A stretch of 64,000 nucleotides of DNA from Takakia lepidozioides (Eukaryota > Plantae > Bryophyta). The notes under the pieces were generated by a model. It ran no database searches. It saw nothing but the letters and a program-made list of their open reading frames with translations, and was not told where the DNA came from. The position numbers and the translations under genes were made by a program. Location: positions 67,580,001 through 67,644,000 of the forward strand of contig CM060733.1 in the NCBI GenBank assembly GCA_030704615.1, given 5' to 3'. Positions 13,777 through 26,300 of the stretch are shown here, piece by piece. Numbering within the stretch: position 1 is the first letter of the stretch; the number at the start of each line of letters is the position of its first letter.

Positions 13777-16700
13777 CTTCCGAAGTGCTGCATATGCTTC
13801 CGCCTTTCCAAGGGGATAGCCTGATGAACAGAATGCAATGAGGCAGTCGCAAATAGGCCACCTGCAGCAACCCTCAAGCCACTTACAAGTCTGTCAAACA
13901 TTCATTAGAGGTTCTTGCAAGAACATCAAAGTTTTCATATATCAGGCTCAAATTGCTAAAGATGTCATGATCAGAGAGCAATCACAAAAGGTACCGAAAT
14001 GATTTAGTGTACATCAAGTCAAAATGTGCCCTAAGACCCTGCATATTGCCAGTGTTGGATTCCCATTTCACTAGCCCATAATGAAATGGAAGGCACTACT
14101 TTGGGCACCCTGAGTTTTTTAAAGCATAGAATGGGGAGCTCCAAGGCGTGAATACTGAACGTGGAGGATGGATGTAACTGAGACGAATGGATACAGGAGG
14201 GCTTTGAACTCACTTTTCCACAGGGTCATGAAGAATGACTTTGTCTCCAAAAATCACTATCTGCATTAAGAAACTAGAAAGGATAAGTAGCCAGCCAAAT
14301 GTCCAAAGACACCACTCCTCTCCCACTCCTCAAACTTCCAACAACAGATTTCTCTGATGGATGTTTCTAAGTCTAATCATTGACTGAGTGATTTTTGAGT
14401 TTATAAAAACTGAATAGATCTGGATATTATACTAATAAACTATTGGAAAAAGGCAAAAGGGGCCAGAAATGAAATGGAATGAAATGGAATGAAATGGAAT
14501 GAAATGGAATGAAATGGAATGAAATGGTACTAGAGAAAGAAAATCTTGAGAACACAAAGAGGTGAAGGAATTGAGCAAGACAAGTGAGGGAGACTGGGTC
14601 TTGCTCTTTTTCCAGCCTTTACAAAAGAGAAAGAGAAAAAGAAGAAGAAAACTCCTCACATCCAGAGTGAGGTTTTATTTGAGAAGTTTAACTGGAGTGC
14701 TTACCCTCTCCTCCCCCAAGAAAGGAATACCAAAATATTTAATGTAAGACAATAGTAGACTCTGAACCCACATTCGAGAAGTAACCAAAGATTAACGGAA
14801 GATAGCCTTTAAAGTAGAGCTTTCAAAGACACAACATCAAGATAAGTCACAAAGACAAGAGGGAGGAAACCAGAGAGAATGCTGTCTTATAACTTGGAGA
14901 GCCAATCTAGGAGTTGGCAACACAAGAAGACAGCCCAAGACATTTTATCTTCAGAATGAGAAAGTGAACAAAAGAAAAAATGAAATGGTACTTTATAACG
15001 TCCACGGAAAGCACGAAGAGCTTATGGGACAAGAGATAGCAAGAAACAATAAAGAGAGAGAGGTCCTTCACAAGCAGCTCCCTTAAGCAACTATTGCTCA
15101 AGGGATTTTGAGTCAACGCCTCATGCAGGTATGCTGCTAAGAACTTCTGTGGACGTCCTCCGTGACAGATGGGGTATCACGGAATAGACAATAGAATCTC
15201 TGACGGATCCCACGGAGGTATTGAAACCAGCGATTTTGAGCCTGATAGATGTTGGGTGGAAGGACTTGCAACCTTATAAGAAAGATTGTAAGCTGGACGG
15301 TGGCCTCAGTTTGAAGCAGTACGCATGCAAATTTGCACATAGAATCTGTGATGGTGTTGTACCTCTAGCCCTGAGCAATCCTTGGAGGAACGACAAATCT
15401 TTTTCCTATCAGAAAACTGGGACACCAGCTGCCCAGAACTCAGCCATAAGTGGCGGCAGGGGTGACAACCGAGTCGAAGAGCCACTTTTTGGTTGGGGGG
15501 TGGCGCAGGTGTATTTGTTTGCATTTAGCTTGAAGGGGTATGGAGGCAGACTTGCCCTTCATCAATCTGTCCGCAGCAGTCAATGCAAACTGAAATTTGG
15601 GTGAGTGGATAGCCAGACCCAGGTATGGGTATGATTTCACGACCTCAATCTCTTGCTGGTTGAAGAGGAATCTCCAGCCAGCATGGCCACTGAAAACCAT
15701 GATTTTGGTTTTGCTGAGATTCACCTGCAACCGATAGTCTTTGGAGAAGTTTTATAGGATGTGACGGTGTCGTTGTAGGAAGATAGGAGATTGTGCCGGT
15801 AAAACAACATCATCGGCGAAGAGAAGTACTGATTGTATTTGTCCCCAATCCAAAGGAACCCCCACTCCATTATTCTTCGCAATGTATCCTTCCAAAGCGT
15901 CTATGTAGATTCCAGAGAGGTAGGTCAGAGAGGGCAGCCCTGTTTGACCCCAACATTGCTGTGCACCTCTGCTGAGAACTCCCCTGTAAGCTTGACTGTG
16001 CCAATGACAGTCTCGTACATGGATAAAATGGCCCATATGATGTCCAGAGGGACCCCTATCCTGTGCAATCTGTCCAAAAGAAGGGCTCGAGGGACTCAAT
16101 CAAAGACCTTTTGGAAGTCCACAAAGCATGCAAGCACCCTTTCCTTGTAGGTTGCTCGTTCTACCATAGTTTGAAGAGTGAACATTTGGTCAAGAGTGGC
16201 TAGGTTGCGCCGGAAGCCTGCCTGCCCAGTAGCACGAAGCTGAGAGGTCTCAGCCCAATCATCCCATTCCATGACCACAACTGCCGCAAACAGTTTAGCC
16301 AGCATTGAAGAAACCATAATTGTGCTATAATTGGTCGGTTCGAGCTTGTCGCCATTCTTGAAGAGGGGGTGGATGATGCTTCTTGCCCACTCTGTTAAAA
16401 AGCCAAGCTTCACTGCTTCATTGAAGAGCTGTGCAATAAATGGGGCCAAAGTCACTGTCACATGCTTGATAAACTCGCTCTATAGTCCTGACAGGTCCAT
16501 TGCTCTGCCATTTTGCAATTTCTTGACAGCCTTGCTGACATTGAACGCAGTGAAAAGGGAGAAGTGCAGAGGTCCAGAAGTTGGGGGAAAAGGAGATTGG
16601 TTTGGAGAGTGATACAGTGACTGAGCATAATCATGCCAAATGCCGATGTCTGTGATAAGGATCGGGGTTTTGTGAGGTTTACGAAGGGAACAAAGGGCAC

Positions 16701-19700
16701 AGGGACAAAGCGCGTCAGAAAACGGTGCATATCTATGGGTGGAGAAAGGTGAGCATACAGATGGGAGAGTGACAGCCAAAGGGTGTGAGTGAGATAGGGA
16801 GCCTTGTCAGTAGTAGATGATTGTAAAGTGAATGCGTGGGGGGTAAGGGGAAGAATGTCGAGAGGGGGTAGAGAAAGAGAAGGAGATACAAATTCAACAG
16901 GAGGCCAGAGGGCCCATGGGACACATTTCAATAACACAGCAGCATCATCAATGAATCCAAATACCAAATCAAACCCCAAACATTGCAGGACGAAAGAGGG
17001 ACAGGGGACAAAAGACAAGAAATAAGAAGGGAAAACTTAACAACGTCCAAAAGAAATGAAATGAAATTGTACTATTTAACGTGCGCGCGAAGCTCAAAGA
17101 GCTTATGGGACAAGAGGGAGAAAGAAAGAAGGGGACGCAAGCAGCCCAAAAGCAACTATAGCTCAAGGGATTGTCTAAGAGTCACAGCTTCATGCAGGTA
17201 AGCTGCCAAGCATTTTATATCTTCGTAATGGAACACCTCCATGAGAAAGAGAGAGAGAGAGAAATGAAATGAAATGGTAAGAGAGAGAGAAAGAGACAGA
17301 ACCTCGAACTCGCCAAATAGTTTTAGTCGGTCAAGGATTTCAGTCATGGGCCCTGACAGCGCCTGCATATCCATCCCTTGCACTCAAAGTTGCATACTTG
17401 AAAAGAAGAATATCACATAATCAAAGTCTTCCCCATAGTTTAAAAAAAAAAGTGTTTCCCCGTAAAAAAAACTGGGTAATATCCCATCCTCACCCACTCA
17501 ACTTCGGCCATTGTCCAAGGGCAAATAGTCTTTCTGTGACCCGGTTGGTTGGGCACTACACTTGCTGACAGAAGACCATAGTACTCTTTGTCTCAGATCA
17601 ATCAGGTCTGTTTAGGTGCTACATAGTCTTTGCCATTGAGTACTTCAACAGCTGCCAAACAAGACAGGTTTAGGACTTAGCCAGATTTCGCTGATAAGGT
17701 ATGTGGGATTCAAAAGCTGCCATCATAAAGGATCGCGGGATGGCAAAGTGCTTAAAGACCCCATAACCATAAGGAGATTTGAATCTGCCTTCTGTTTGTC
17801 TTTCATGAGAACATATTGACCTATCTGGATCCTGATAATGAACTAGAGAACCCACTGTGCCAGTGTGTTCATAATCCTCACCAAAAACACCACGTAGGCT
17901 GGTAATGCAAGGCAAGCTACAATCTCCAGGGTTCTATAATTATCTTAGCTTTGTGAACTGCAAATCTCCAATGCGCTGGCATGTTTAAGGACACACAGTC
18001 CAAGAGCATTCTTACTCCAGCTCAATACTACATCTACAAACTATGACAAATGGTAGGAGATTCCCTGTGTCACCAAATTGTCAGAGAGGCAAATCCTGCA
18101 TGTGGCATCATTGCCCCGAGCTCAGGATACTCAAGACAGGGGAAATGACAGATAGTGACTGTCAGAATGCACTAACCAAGCATTGCAGTAGGCGATATCA
18201 ACAGCTGGAACCACTCCAACTTAATTGTGTAGATATAATGCCCTCACTCTTTGATCCAGACTCAAATCACAATTGTGTGATTTTTCTCACCACAAAAACC
18301 GACACATGAGTGTTATCTTTCTCAGGCTTCACATCATAAACAATCTGCCTAAATTTCTGGAGGAACAATGTCTTTCTGAATAGAATGTACTCATAAGACG
18401 CTGTTTGCCATACCCTTGTGGCCATTGACCCTGCGCTCAGTCTGAGCGGAACACAAAGGGACAGAACCTACCTTTGTCAGGGGCTGACGCCAGTAGTATG
18501 ACTTACCTTGGAACAGACAATTAATCCAAGTTTTCCAGATATCCTCTAGAAATCCCTTCACACAAGCATCAATCTGCTGTGTGTGGTTAGCCCAATAACC
18601 AGGCGCCGAAAGGGCGTGGGCTTTTGGCTCAGCCTCAAGACTTTCAAAGTTGGTAAACAGAGGTTCAGGCGCAACTCTTGATGGATTTGCAGAGGGCATA
18701 TCTCTGTGAGAGTACCCAGGACAATGAATCAGAAAATGAATATTGTCTCAGGTTGCCCACACAACGGACAATTGCAATCCCTCTTTCCTCTCTGCATCTG
18801 TTTGCTGTTCAAAGGTAGGCTTCCCGCCCCGAGTTTAAATTTCAGTCTAGCGCCGAGGGTGGGTAAACCCTTGAGGTCATCCATGATGGCCTCTCCCACG
18901 TCACAGACTGGAAACAAGTTCAGAGAAGTTTTCTGCCTAACTTCATTTTCATTAGACAATTTCCTGGCAACAGACATGGGTAAGTCAGATTTATCCAGCA
19001 GGGTCAAAACTTGCGGGCTCAGATTCAGATCCTTGAGAATCTCTTCTACACTCTTCCCCCAGGACTTTAGCCTGTTTGACAGGGTGATCCTGCTTCCAAG
19101 ATATAGAGTCGATTAACTTAGGATTTCTGATATGAATAGAGAGGGAGAGTAAGAAAAAACCTTTCATACTCTTTCTCCCATATCTCAGTAATATACAGGA
19201 GCTAGGGCCGAATTAGAATCCATGTCTGAACCATACCTCCTAGAGACAGACCAATGTGTTCGTACCCCATGGCGACAATCCTGAAGCATTGCTGCCATGA
19301 CGAGATTTCATTCACAAGACAGTAGTACATTGCCTGGACTTACATTCTTGGCCTCAAAGTCTTCGATCACGGGGGAATATTCCTCGAAACACAAATTTGA
19401 ATTTGAAGTATATTCCACATTGACTCCTGGAAGTATCGTTGGAGCCTTTCTGTACTGTGTTTTGATAAACCCAGTGTTAAATCGGTGGCATGCAAATGGG
19501 TCGCCAGTCGAAGTGAAATGGGCGTAAAGGGAGTTCGGACCGATGTGGCCGCGTTTATCATATGAATCATGTATAGTTTTAGCATGAATATCTCCAAGAA
19601 AATCGCCCAAGTCTCTCACTTACAACCGTACCCGGTGTGAGTGATGAGCCCAGTCAGAAATTGGCAAAAACGACAATGCTGGACAGGAAAGTTTCATTGG

Positions 19701-20284
19701 GATTCCTTGCACGTCCTTTCGTGACGCTTGCTGAACGGACCCCGGTAATCCTTTGTGACTCTAAAGTATCTCTTCGTTTCTCTGAATTCCATAAAGGAGA
19801 TACCGACGGTTGGAAATGCAACTTCCATAATGACACAGCTACTTAGGGAGGGAGGGAGAATGTGCTCCTTCAGTGAAGAGAATGGAGATACCAAAAAGTA
19901 CCGATATGAATATTTCAATTTCCGGGCCTGAAATTCCTCCAGGAAAATCAACACAACTGCATGCGATGAAATTCATTTCTAACAAGCGAAGGGGCTCAAA
20001 ATTTTAAGCTAGAAGGCTTGAGCTCCCACCTTCTTCTCCATAACACAAACCCCGACAACCACCTTGCGAAATTCATGTGTGTTTTCCTCTTGTTCTTCTC
20101 CAACCTCGCCGTCTGCCATGGCTTCTTCCTCCTGTCTCTCCCTCTCCCCCCAACTCCCAAGCCTGGCACGGGCCACCGCGCAGTCCCCGTGCGGCGCTCT
20201 CTGGGGCATCCGCGCAGCGGCTGACACTGACGGCGCAGTAAGACCGCCTACCGGCACCGGCAAGATACCGGTCACCCCATCCAT
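1603..20284 (-). CDS. VIH: Inositol hexakisphosphate/diphosphoinositol-pentakisphosphate kinase (PPIP5K, VIH/VIP1 family), 5' part; gene continues beyond the left edge
   Basis: GT-AG exons that join in frame: 20030-20284 (or from ATG at 20119; ..[12 protein letters not shown]), 17303-17362 ([20 protein letters not shown]), 14214-14260 ([15 protein letters not shown]), 13778-13861 ([27 protein letters not shown]), 3172-3235 ([20 protein letters not shown]), 2769-2922 (..KPFVEKPVD), 2057-2127 ([23 protein letters not shown]), 1603-1707 ([35 protein letters not shown]). These are hallmark motifs of the PPIP5K ATP-grasp kinase domain. Confidence 0.96.
3743..7300 (-). mobile_element. LINE family 1 (APE-RT non-LTR retrotransposon, RTE/RTEX-like), near-full-length copy with internal deletions
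   Basis: ORF 5373-6983 contains APE endonuclease motifs ([19 protein letters not shown]), with SDH in the next frame. ORF 4228-5124 gives the RT start ([16 protein letters not shown]). The RT core is deleted at about 4250 and the C-terminal segment at about 4018. 3' end ..[16 protein letters not shown]. Confidence 0.9.
6110..6520 (-). repeat. 3 x 141-bp (47-aa) in-frame tandem repeat inside the LINE ORF
   Basis: 'acccc' anchors at 6121, 6262 and 6403. Peptide unit [39 protein letters not shown]. Confidence 0.92.
7419..13731 (-). mobile_element. Head-to-tail stack of six 5'-truncated LINE family 1 copies in VIH intron 4
   Basis: The same 3' terminus (+ strand gtactcataagacgttgttt or close variants) appears at about 7420, 8190, 8365, 8806, 10540 and 12531. 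Approximate copies: 7419-8160, 8188-8352, 8363-8805, 8806-10530, 10538-12520, 12529-13731. RT motifs QGCTLSP and FADD; C-terminal CPLCG..[11 protein letters not shown] finger. Confidence 0.9.
7747..8043 (+). mobile_element. LINE family 2 3' fragment, (CATTT)n tail, inserted antisense into an older family 1 copy
   Basis: [31 protein letters not shown] followed by ..aaagtaccatttcatttcatt. Matches 14978-15200 and 17054-17245 in the opposite orientation. Confidence 0.8.
13732..13776. repeat. (GA/TC)n microsatellite abutting the VIH exon 4 splice donor
   Basis: On the minus strand the intron starts GT CTCTTTCTCTCTC.. and runs directly into a LINE copy. Confidence 0.95.
14466..14530. repeat. (GAAATGGAAT)n microsatellite, an expanded LINE family 2 tail
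   Basis: 10-bp unit ending in gaaatggtac, the same junction seen at the other family 2 tails. Confidence 0.85.
14978..16790 (-). mobile_element. LINE family 2 (RTE-like) degenerate RT region plus 3' end, VIH intron 2
   Basis: Motifs [51 protein letters not shown] spread over frameshifted ORFs; (CATTT) tail at about 14978-14992. Confidence 0.88.
17054..17300 (-). mobile_element. Short LINE family 2 3' copies next to the VIH exon 2 donor
   Basis: [33 protein letters not shown] tails at about 17054-17070 and 17261-17279, embedded in (TC)n directly after the donor at 17302. Confidence 0.8.
18385..19130 (-). mobile_element. LINE family 1 3' fragment in VIH intron 1
   Basis: Same C-terminal ORF ([20 protein letters not shown]) and the same GAGTAC 3' end as the intron 4 copies. 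Confidence 0.9.
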
Positions 20285-21398
20285 TATTTCCCAGTCGGCG
20301 GTCGCCCTTCTGAACGGAACACATACATCGACGGGTCCACCATCCAATTCTCGTCAGATTGTATTTTTCGTTGTGCTCCCATTCCGCCCCTCTAACACCA
20401 GCTTTTATGTTATTTAGAAATATCATCTTTTGGTATTTTATTTTATTTAAGAAACAGGGTTTACCTTAAATAGGGGGAAGGGGGATGGCGGCAAGGAGCT
20501 CCGCGTTTCGCGGTGAGAGAAGGTTCGCCCAACGGACACCTTCGTCTCCTTGCGATCGCTAGTGCTAGGCATGAGGGATTCAGGCCCTCCTTCAGATCCC
20601 TTCAACACTGTTATCCTTTGTACCCTTAGTCCGGCGATCAAAAAGAACCTTGTCTCGCGTTTTTTTGTCAGGTGGTCGCTCTCCAACGAACTTCCTTCAC
20701 TTGGGGCATGCTAGATTGTGAGCAGCTCACGTGAGCAGAATTCTGCTCACGTTCCTCGGAATTAGAAATTAGGGTTGGGCCTATTACGGCGGTCCGTCAA
20801 CTCCTAGAAGCCCTATTGCCACGGGGCTTAACCGCTGAAAATGGGAGCTTAGTGTTCCTAGAGTGTGGCTAAGGCTTGGCAATAAGATTGAGTGGATGAA
20901 TGATGGATGATATGATAAAAATCTGGATGAAAGTAGAGTGGATGATGTAAAATATCGATTCCAGTCCGTTTATCGCGTAAGGAAGGTAAAAGGCTTGAAG
21001 AGGGAAGAAGTTGCTTTGGAGGAGAGAGGGGGCGATGCTGCTTTCCGTGTACGATGGCCAACAGGTTTCGTCTGCAGCAATCTCACAAGAGGATTCCTTC
21101 TCGGCGCATCAGCTTTTCTACCCATGGTGACACAATGGTTTTTGTTGGCAGAAAAGCTGATGTGTTGAGTAGGAATCACGACTTGAGAAGTATGCACGTA
21201 AGTTGTGGCATCCTTCGCAAGAAACGGAGAGTGAGCTAAGTGAGAAAATTGAGCAGGAAAAGGTGAGACCTTTGACAAAAAAAAGAACAGCTAGAGCTCA
21301 TTCAAAAGGCAAAAAACGAACATGACAAAGCAGAAGGTAATGAAAGAGAATACACACCAATTGTTCGTGAAGAGACAGCATCAGACATCCTAGACGAT

Positions 21399-22078
21399 GT
21401 GCAGGTAATGCATTACCTTACGTTTGGCTCTGTCAACGAATATCTTGACTTGAATGAGAGAAAACGGGTACTGAAAAAAACCAAAGGCTATGTATATTGG
21501 GACGGCAAGATTTTATATAAGGGCAAGCACGTACTTGAGAAGAAAGAACGATTGAGTATCATAGAGAGGATCCACCAAGCCTTGGGTCACTTTGGGGTAC
21601 ATAGAACGCAAGTTGAAGTGTGTAAGCACTTCTTCTGGCACAATCGCACTCATGAGATAAGAGACACATTGAAGAAGTGCCTACCCTGCCAACAAGGAAA
21701 AACACTGGGAAGCCTTAGGTCCGGAGCGAAGAGATTAAAAAGTATACCTGTGCAAGACCTCTTCTATAAAGTTGCATTTGACACTGCTGGCCCACTGCCT
21801 GAAACTAAATAAGGGAATAAATATGCACTCATAGCAATAGATCACTATTCAAAATGGGTGGAAGCAGCACCAGTTAGTGACCATACGACAAAGTTGGCAG
21901 CACGATTTCTAGAAGAACAGATTATATACCACTATGGAGCACCAAAGATAGTGCTTACAGATCAAAGCACTGAGTGGGGCAACAAATTTGAGGAAGTATG
22001 TGCAAGGTTCGGCATACAACACGATCGATCGGCACCCTACTGGCCACAGAGTAATGGCATGGTGGAGCGTATTATTTG
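21399..22078 (+). mobile_element. Ty3/gypsy integrase remnant
   Basis: H2C2 zinc domain (IHQALGHFG..CLPCQ) and DDE core (FDTAG, LTDQSTEW, SNGMVER). In-frame stop at 21810; truncated at about 22078 by GC-rich sequence. Confidence 0.88.
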
Positions 22079-23390
22079 CCAGGGCCAGCTCATTCGAGCC
22101 ATCCCCGTGTTCGTCGGCGTTTTGGGGAGGGCCTCACAAGCCCCCCACTCCAACCCCTGCATGCCCCCCGCCGCAAAATCCCACCCGCGTGGCCGCTGCC
22201 ACCTGTGATGTCGACGGTCAACTGCCGTGCCCCCCCCCCCCCCCCTTCCTGACGGCGGAGTTTTTCTCTGTTGGGGGCGCCATAAAGACTTGCGTGTGCA
22301 GCTCGTTTCGCGCTACATTTTTCGTTCAAGCCGCTCATTCATCGGACTTCATCCGTGCATGCTACGGATGGATGAAAAATCGGGCCGACCCGATTCAGGT
22401 CGGCTCGTCGTTTAGGGGTTAATAGTGAATCCGGGATAAGAGGGGGTGGGGAGGATTTGTATTTGGCAGGCCCCTGCCGGAGGAGCCCACGCTTCCTGAA
22501 TTGAGGGAAAGTAGAGTCAAATCGAAGGCCTGCATTAAGTTCTTACATTATTCCTATTAGTTTCCATCAGAGATTGCATAGGTGCATTCTTACATTATTC
22601 CTTTTGTTTTCTGCCAGTATGTCAATAAATACACATCTAGGGCTATTTATGACCAACCTGCAAACAGAGTGGGCCCCAGAGATGATTAACCCTGCACAAA
22701 TGATAAGTGCAAACAACAATCAAGAAATTGATTTACAAAAGAACAATTTCTGCTTTGAGGGTCAAATTTCAACTCTAGTGGGGATTGGAGCACATCCAAA
22801 TGTTGTTTACAGCTCAATCAGAAAGAGGTTCGAGAAATCCATCCACTCTGAATTGATCAATAGGACAAAGATCTGTGAATGTTAACAGCAGACGAACTTG
22901 ACTTAAAGCAAAATTATAAACGGACATCTTTGTGTGTGCGTTGTCGCCAAGCGGTCCCCCTAAATTTTCAGGAGGGCTTGTAAGCTTGGTTGACATGCTG
23001 TTGTTGCTCATTGAGGCATGTAGATTTGCCAATCTTTGTTATGTTCTTCATATCCAACCAACTTCATGCCAGACCTTCCTTCTTTGTTTTGTTCCCTTCA
23101 TCCCATGTTCTGGCTTTTCAGCTCTGGGGGAGGCATGCACTTCGAAGTTTGCTCATGATCCTTGGGCGGTCTTCCGTGGATGGCCTGTGCTTCAATTAGG
23201 TCTAAAAGCTTAGCTTATTGCTGGTGAAGGGCTTTGGATGTTTTGAGGGTCCGCCCTCTTCTGTAGCCTCTGTAAGTGTTGTTTGCCATAGCCTTGAAAG
23301 AGAGAGATGGCATGTTGTGTTGTCAACATTTGGACTCCACAGCTGTCACAGCCATAGACCAATCCAATCCAATACCATATTTGGCTATCT

Positions 23391-26300
23391 TCACGTTTGC
23401 TTTCTCTCCCATTTGCCCTCCCGTCTTCCATCTCTCTCTCGACGCTCAACAATCTGCCGTGGTCTTGAGGCCCTGGGGCCCTGCCTGTGATTGCTGCTCA
23501 AGTTACTTGAGTTTCCAGCATCCATGCTCAACCCACCATCCAAGTCACCAAAGCTGCTGCTCCCATCAACAGTCTCTCGCATTGTACCATTTCCGTCTGC
23601 TCCTTCATAGCCCCTCTCATCACTACCGTCACCAGTATGAGTAAATGTAAGGGCCTGCCCAGCATACACCCTGCTGGAGACAACAGCGGGATTACCACTC
23701 ACAAGAGGAGAGGAAGCTGGTGCTGCCATCGTGGGCATTACGATGGCAGAGCTAGGAACTGCAGCAGTTGCAGTGGCAGTTGGAGTGGCAGGTGGTGTTA
23801 TACCACCTTCACGCACTCCACCACCATCGCTAGTGGGTCTGGAAGGGCCTTCTTGACTTGATCGTTGAAATTCTCTGTCTCTCTCTCGATATCTCTCCCG
23901 AGGACGGCTGCAAAAAATAGGAGAAAGATCCAATGTCTCATATAATCAGACAAGATCATCACTGCAAAGCTACAATGAAGGAATAAAGGATGGTGCTGTC
24001 TCAATGGGATAGAGAATTTCTCAACCCATTTTGGCAACTAATTGTTAAAATTTATCAGAATAACTCTTTTAAAACATGCTCCTCCCTTGCCAAAAATGGA
24101 GATCTTAATCCATCACAAAGGTAAGCTGGAAAACACACATGTAAACTCTTAATCAATACAAACCCTAACTTCTGTGCATATTTCCAGGTCTTTTCGAGTT
24201 TAGTTACTGCAAGTGGACAGTTCCCAATGGTGAAAAGAGCATTCCTTAGGATGGTAGTTACACATTGCGACAAGGTAAAACTGGACGCAGGTAATCTCAC
24301 AGCAAAAAAGTCACCTGACATCTTGACTGCTCACCTGCTAGGGGTCATTGAGCTAGTAAACTCCCTGCGTGATGGTCGCAGACCCCCTGTTTCTCTCTGC
24401 TCCAGTTCCTTCTGGAATTCCCTCTACAAAAACAACAGCAAAAAATCTTCTGTTATTAAGAGCGTACCGATTTGGCTCTTCCAAAATTTTAATAAAGTAT
24501 ACAGCTAGAAATCGGGCCAATTATCCAGCTAGCTATGAAGGTCCGTGAAAGAGATCAGGAGTCCTCAGAATAGACAACCAATTGATGGAATCAGCGTACC
24601 TGGGCACGCTTTTCTGCTTCCAAATCCAAGCTATGCCTCAGTTCTCTAGTTTTGGCACGCTCTTTCTCCAGCATCCGCTGCCTCTCAACCTCCCGTTCTG
24701 CCTCAGCTGCCCTCTCCCTTCAGAACAGCATTGTCGCCAATGAGGTTGTTAGGAGAGGACTTCAAGGTTTGCAATTAAAATCCATTTCCCTTGAATCACT
24801 GAGACTGTGTCTGCTGTACAATTGTACAGACACAAGGAAGTGAACTGCTACATACAGCTAGCTTTCCTTCAGCTATCTGAATGGGCTTACTGCTAACTAG
24901 AAATCTGTGCCAATACGATGGCACACCTGTCAAGTTCTTGAAGGAGCTCCATCTCCCGTAAAGTTGCCTCTTGCAAAGCTAGCTGGCGGTCACGACGAGC
25001 AACCCTCTGCCTTTCTCTGCGTGCCGCCACTTCTGCTCGTGCACCCAATTTCTCCCTGCTGTCCCCTCTTTTTGTTCAGCATCACTATTAAACAGATAGA
25101 TAACCCATTGTCAAAACAGAAATGATCAGCCTCTCTTAATCCTTTCCATCCTGCCCTGGGAGCCTCAACGTCAAGAAAGATTAGCTAGTGGATATTACAT
25201 CTGCAGGTACATGAAAAATGGTGGTCGGCACACCAAGGCTGCCTATCACATACTAGAGTGCACATGTGACATACTCAGCAAGAATCCGGTCCCTCAGCTG
25301 CTTAAACTGTTGCCTGACTGGGTAAACTCCTGGAGACAAAGAAAGAACTGAACCGCGTTAGCTCGTAAGAAATTAGGGATTTGTAACCACCATAAATAAC
25401 CGAACCAAATCCCATCATCTACAAAGATCACTGACGTACCTCAGCTACTTCCCTTCCCCTCTAACTTTCTGAAACTATACCAGGTTCTCCTGTGCCTCTA
25501 ATCAGCAGGAACTAATACTAGTGTTAGGGCGGACTCCAGCCGAACAAACATAAATTATGGTGTGTCTTCACCCAGAAAGGGGCTACTGCCTTCTGTTTGG
25601 AAGGTGGACACCCAACGGCCGTAGCTGGGGCAACATGAATTCCCAAACCTCCCCCAATGACTGAACCTCCAGGTACCCACACATTTAGGTGAACAGTTGA
25701 CCCAGTGATCCCCCTTTTGTAGCTGGACTGGCTATGATGGGCGACATCCAACATACACCTATGTGGCTTTGAACTGACAACTGCTTGTAAGGCAGCCTTG
25801 TGCCCTAACCACTGGGCCATCTGTTGAATGCTTACCAGTGTTATAGTTTACACCAAGGATAGATTTTCTGGGTTCTCTTCAAGCCCTCAAAACCAATGTG
25901 TAAGATACAAGACTCTATAGTTTAGGCTAATGATTGATAAGCTATACACCACCCAGGGACTCTGCACGAAGCAAATCCTGTCAGCAGTCTCAGATGAATG
26001 AACCTGAGGCTGATGCTGCAGTGGAGGATGCAAGGAGTGCTTCATGACCTCCCAGCCCTGCAGCCTGTTCTTCCCTCACCAATTCCATCTCAATCTCTGC
26101 CTCCTCCAGCTCCTTCACACCCATGGGTTCCAAAGAGCTAGTACCGTCACCATGTGATGGAGTCATACCAACCAAAAATTCAAGTAAAGCCACAGCGTGC
26201 AACATAATGACATTCAACCGTTTACAGCCCACAATATACATGAGATAAAATCAGAGTAGCCAGCTTCCATAATACATACTTTAGCTTCTTGTAGGGCTGC

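Noticed and set aside
14466-14530. Human satellite II/III-like (GGAAT)n contamination
   Set aside because: Short, and ends in the GTACC junction shared with the LINE family 2 tails in this window.
19308-19619. Nested gene in VIH intron 1
   Set aside because: Starts at a non-ATG codon and has no recognisable motifs or exon context.
20285-20347. VIH start at 20347 as given in the ORF track
   Set aside because: That codon is TTG; the first in-frame ATGs are at 20284 and 20119.
25755-25825. Functional tRNA gene
   Set aside because: Only degenerate A and B boxes; no convincing cloverleaf; continues into a repeat body.
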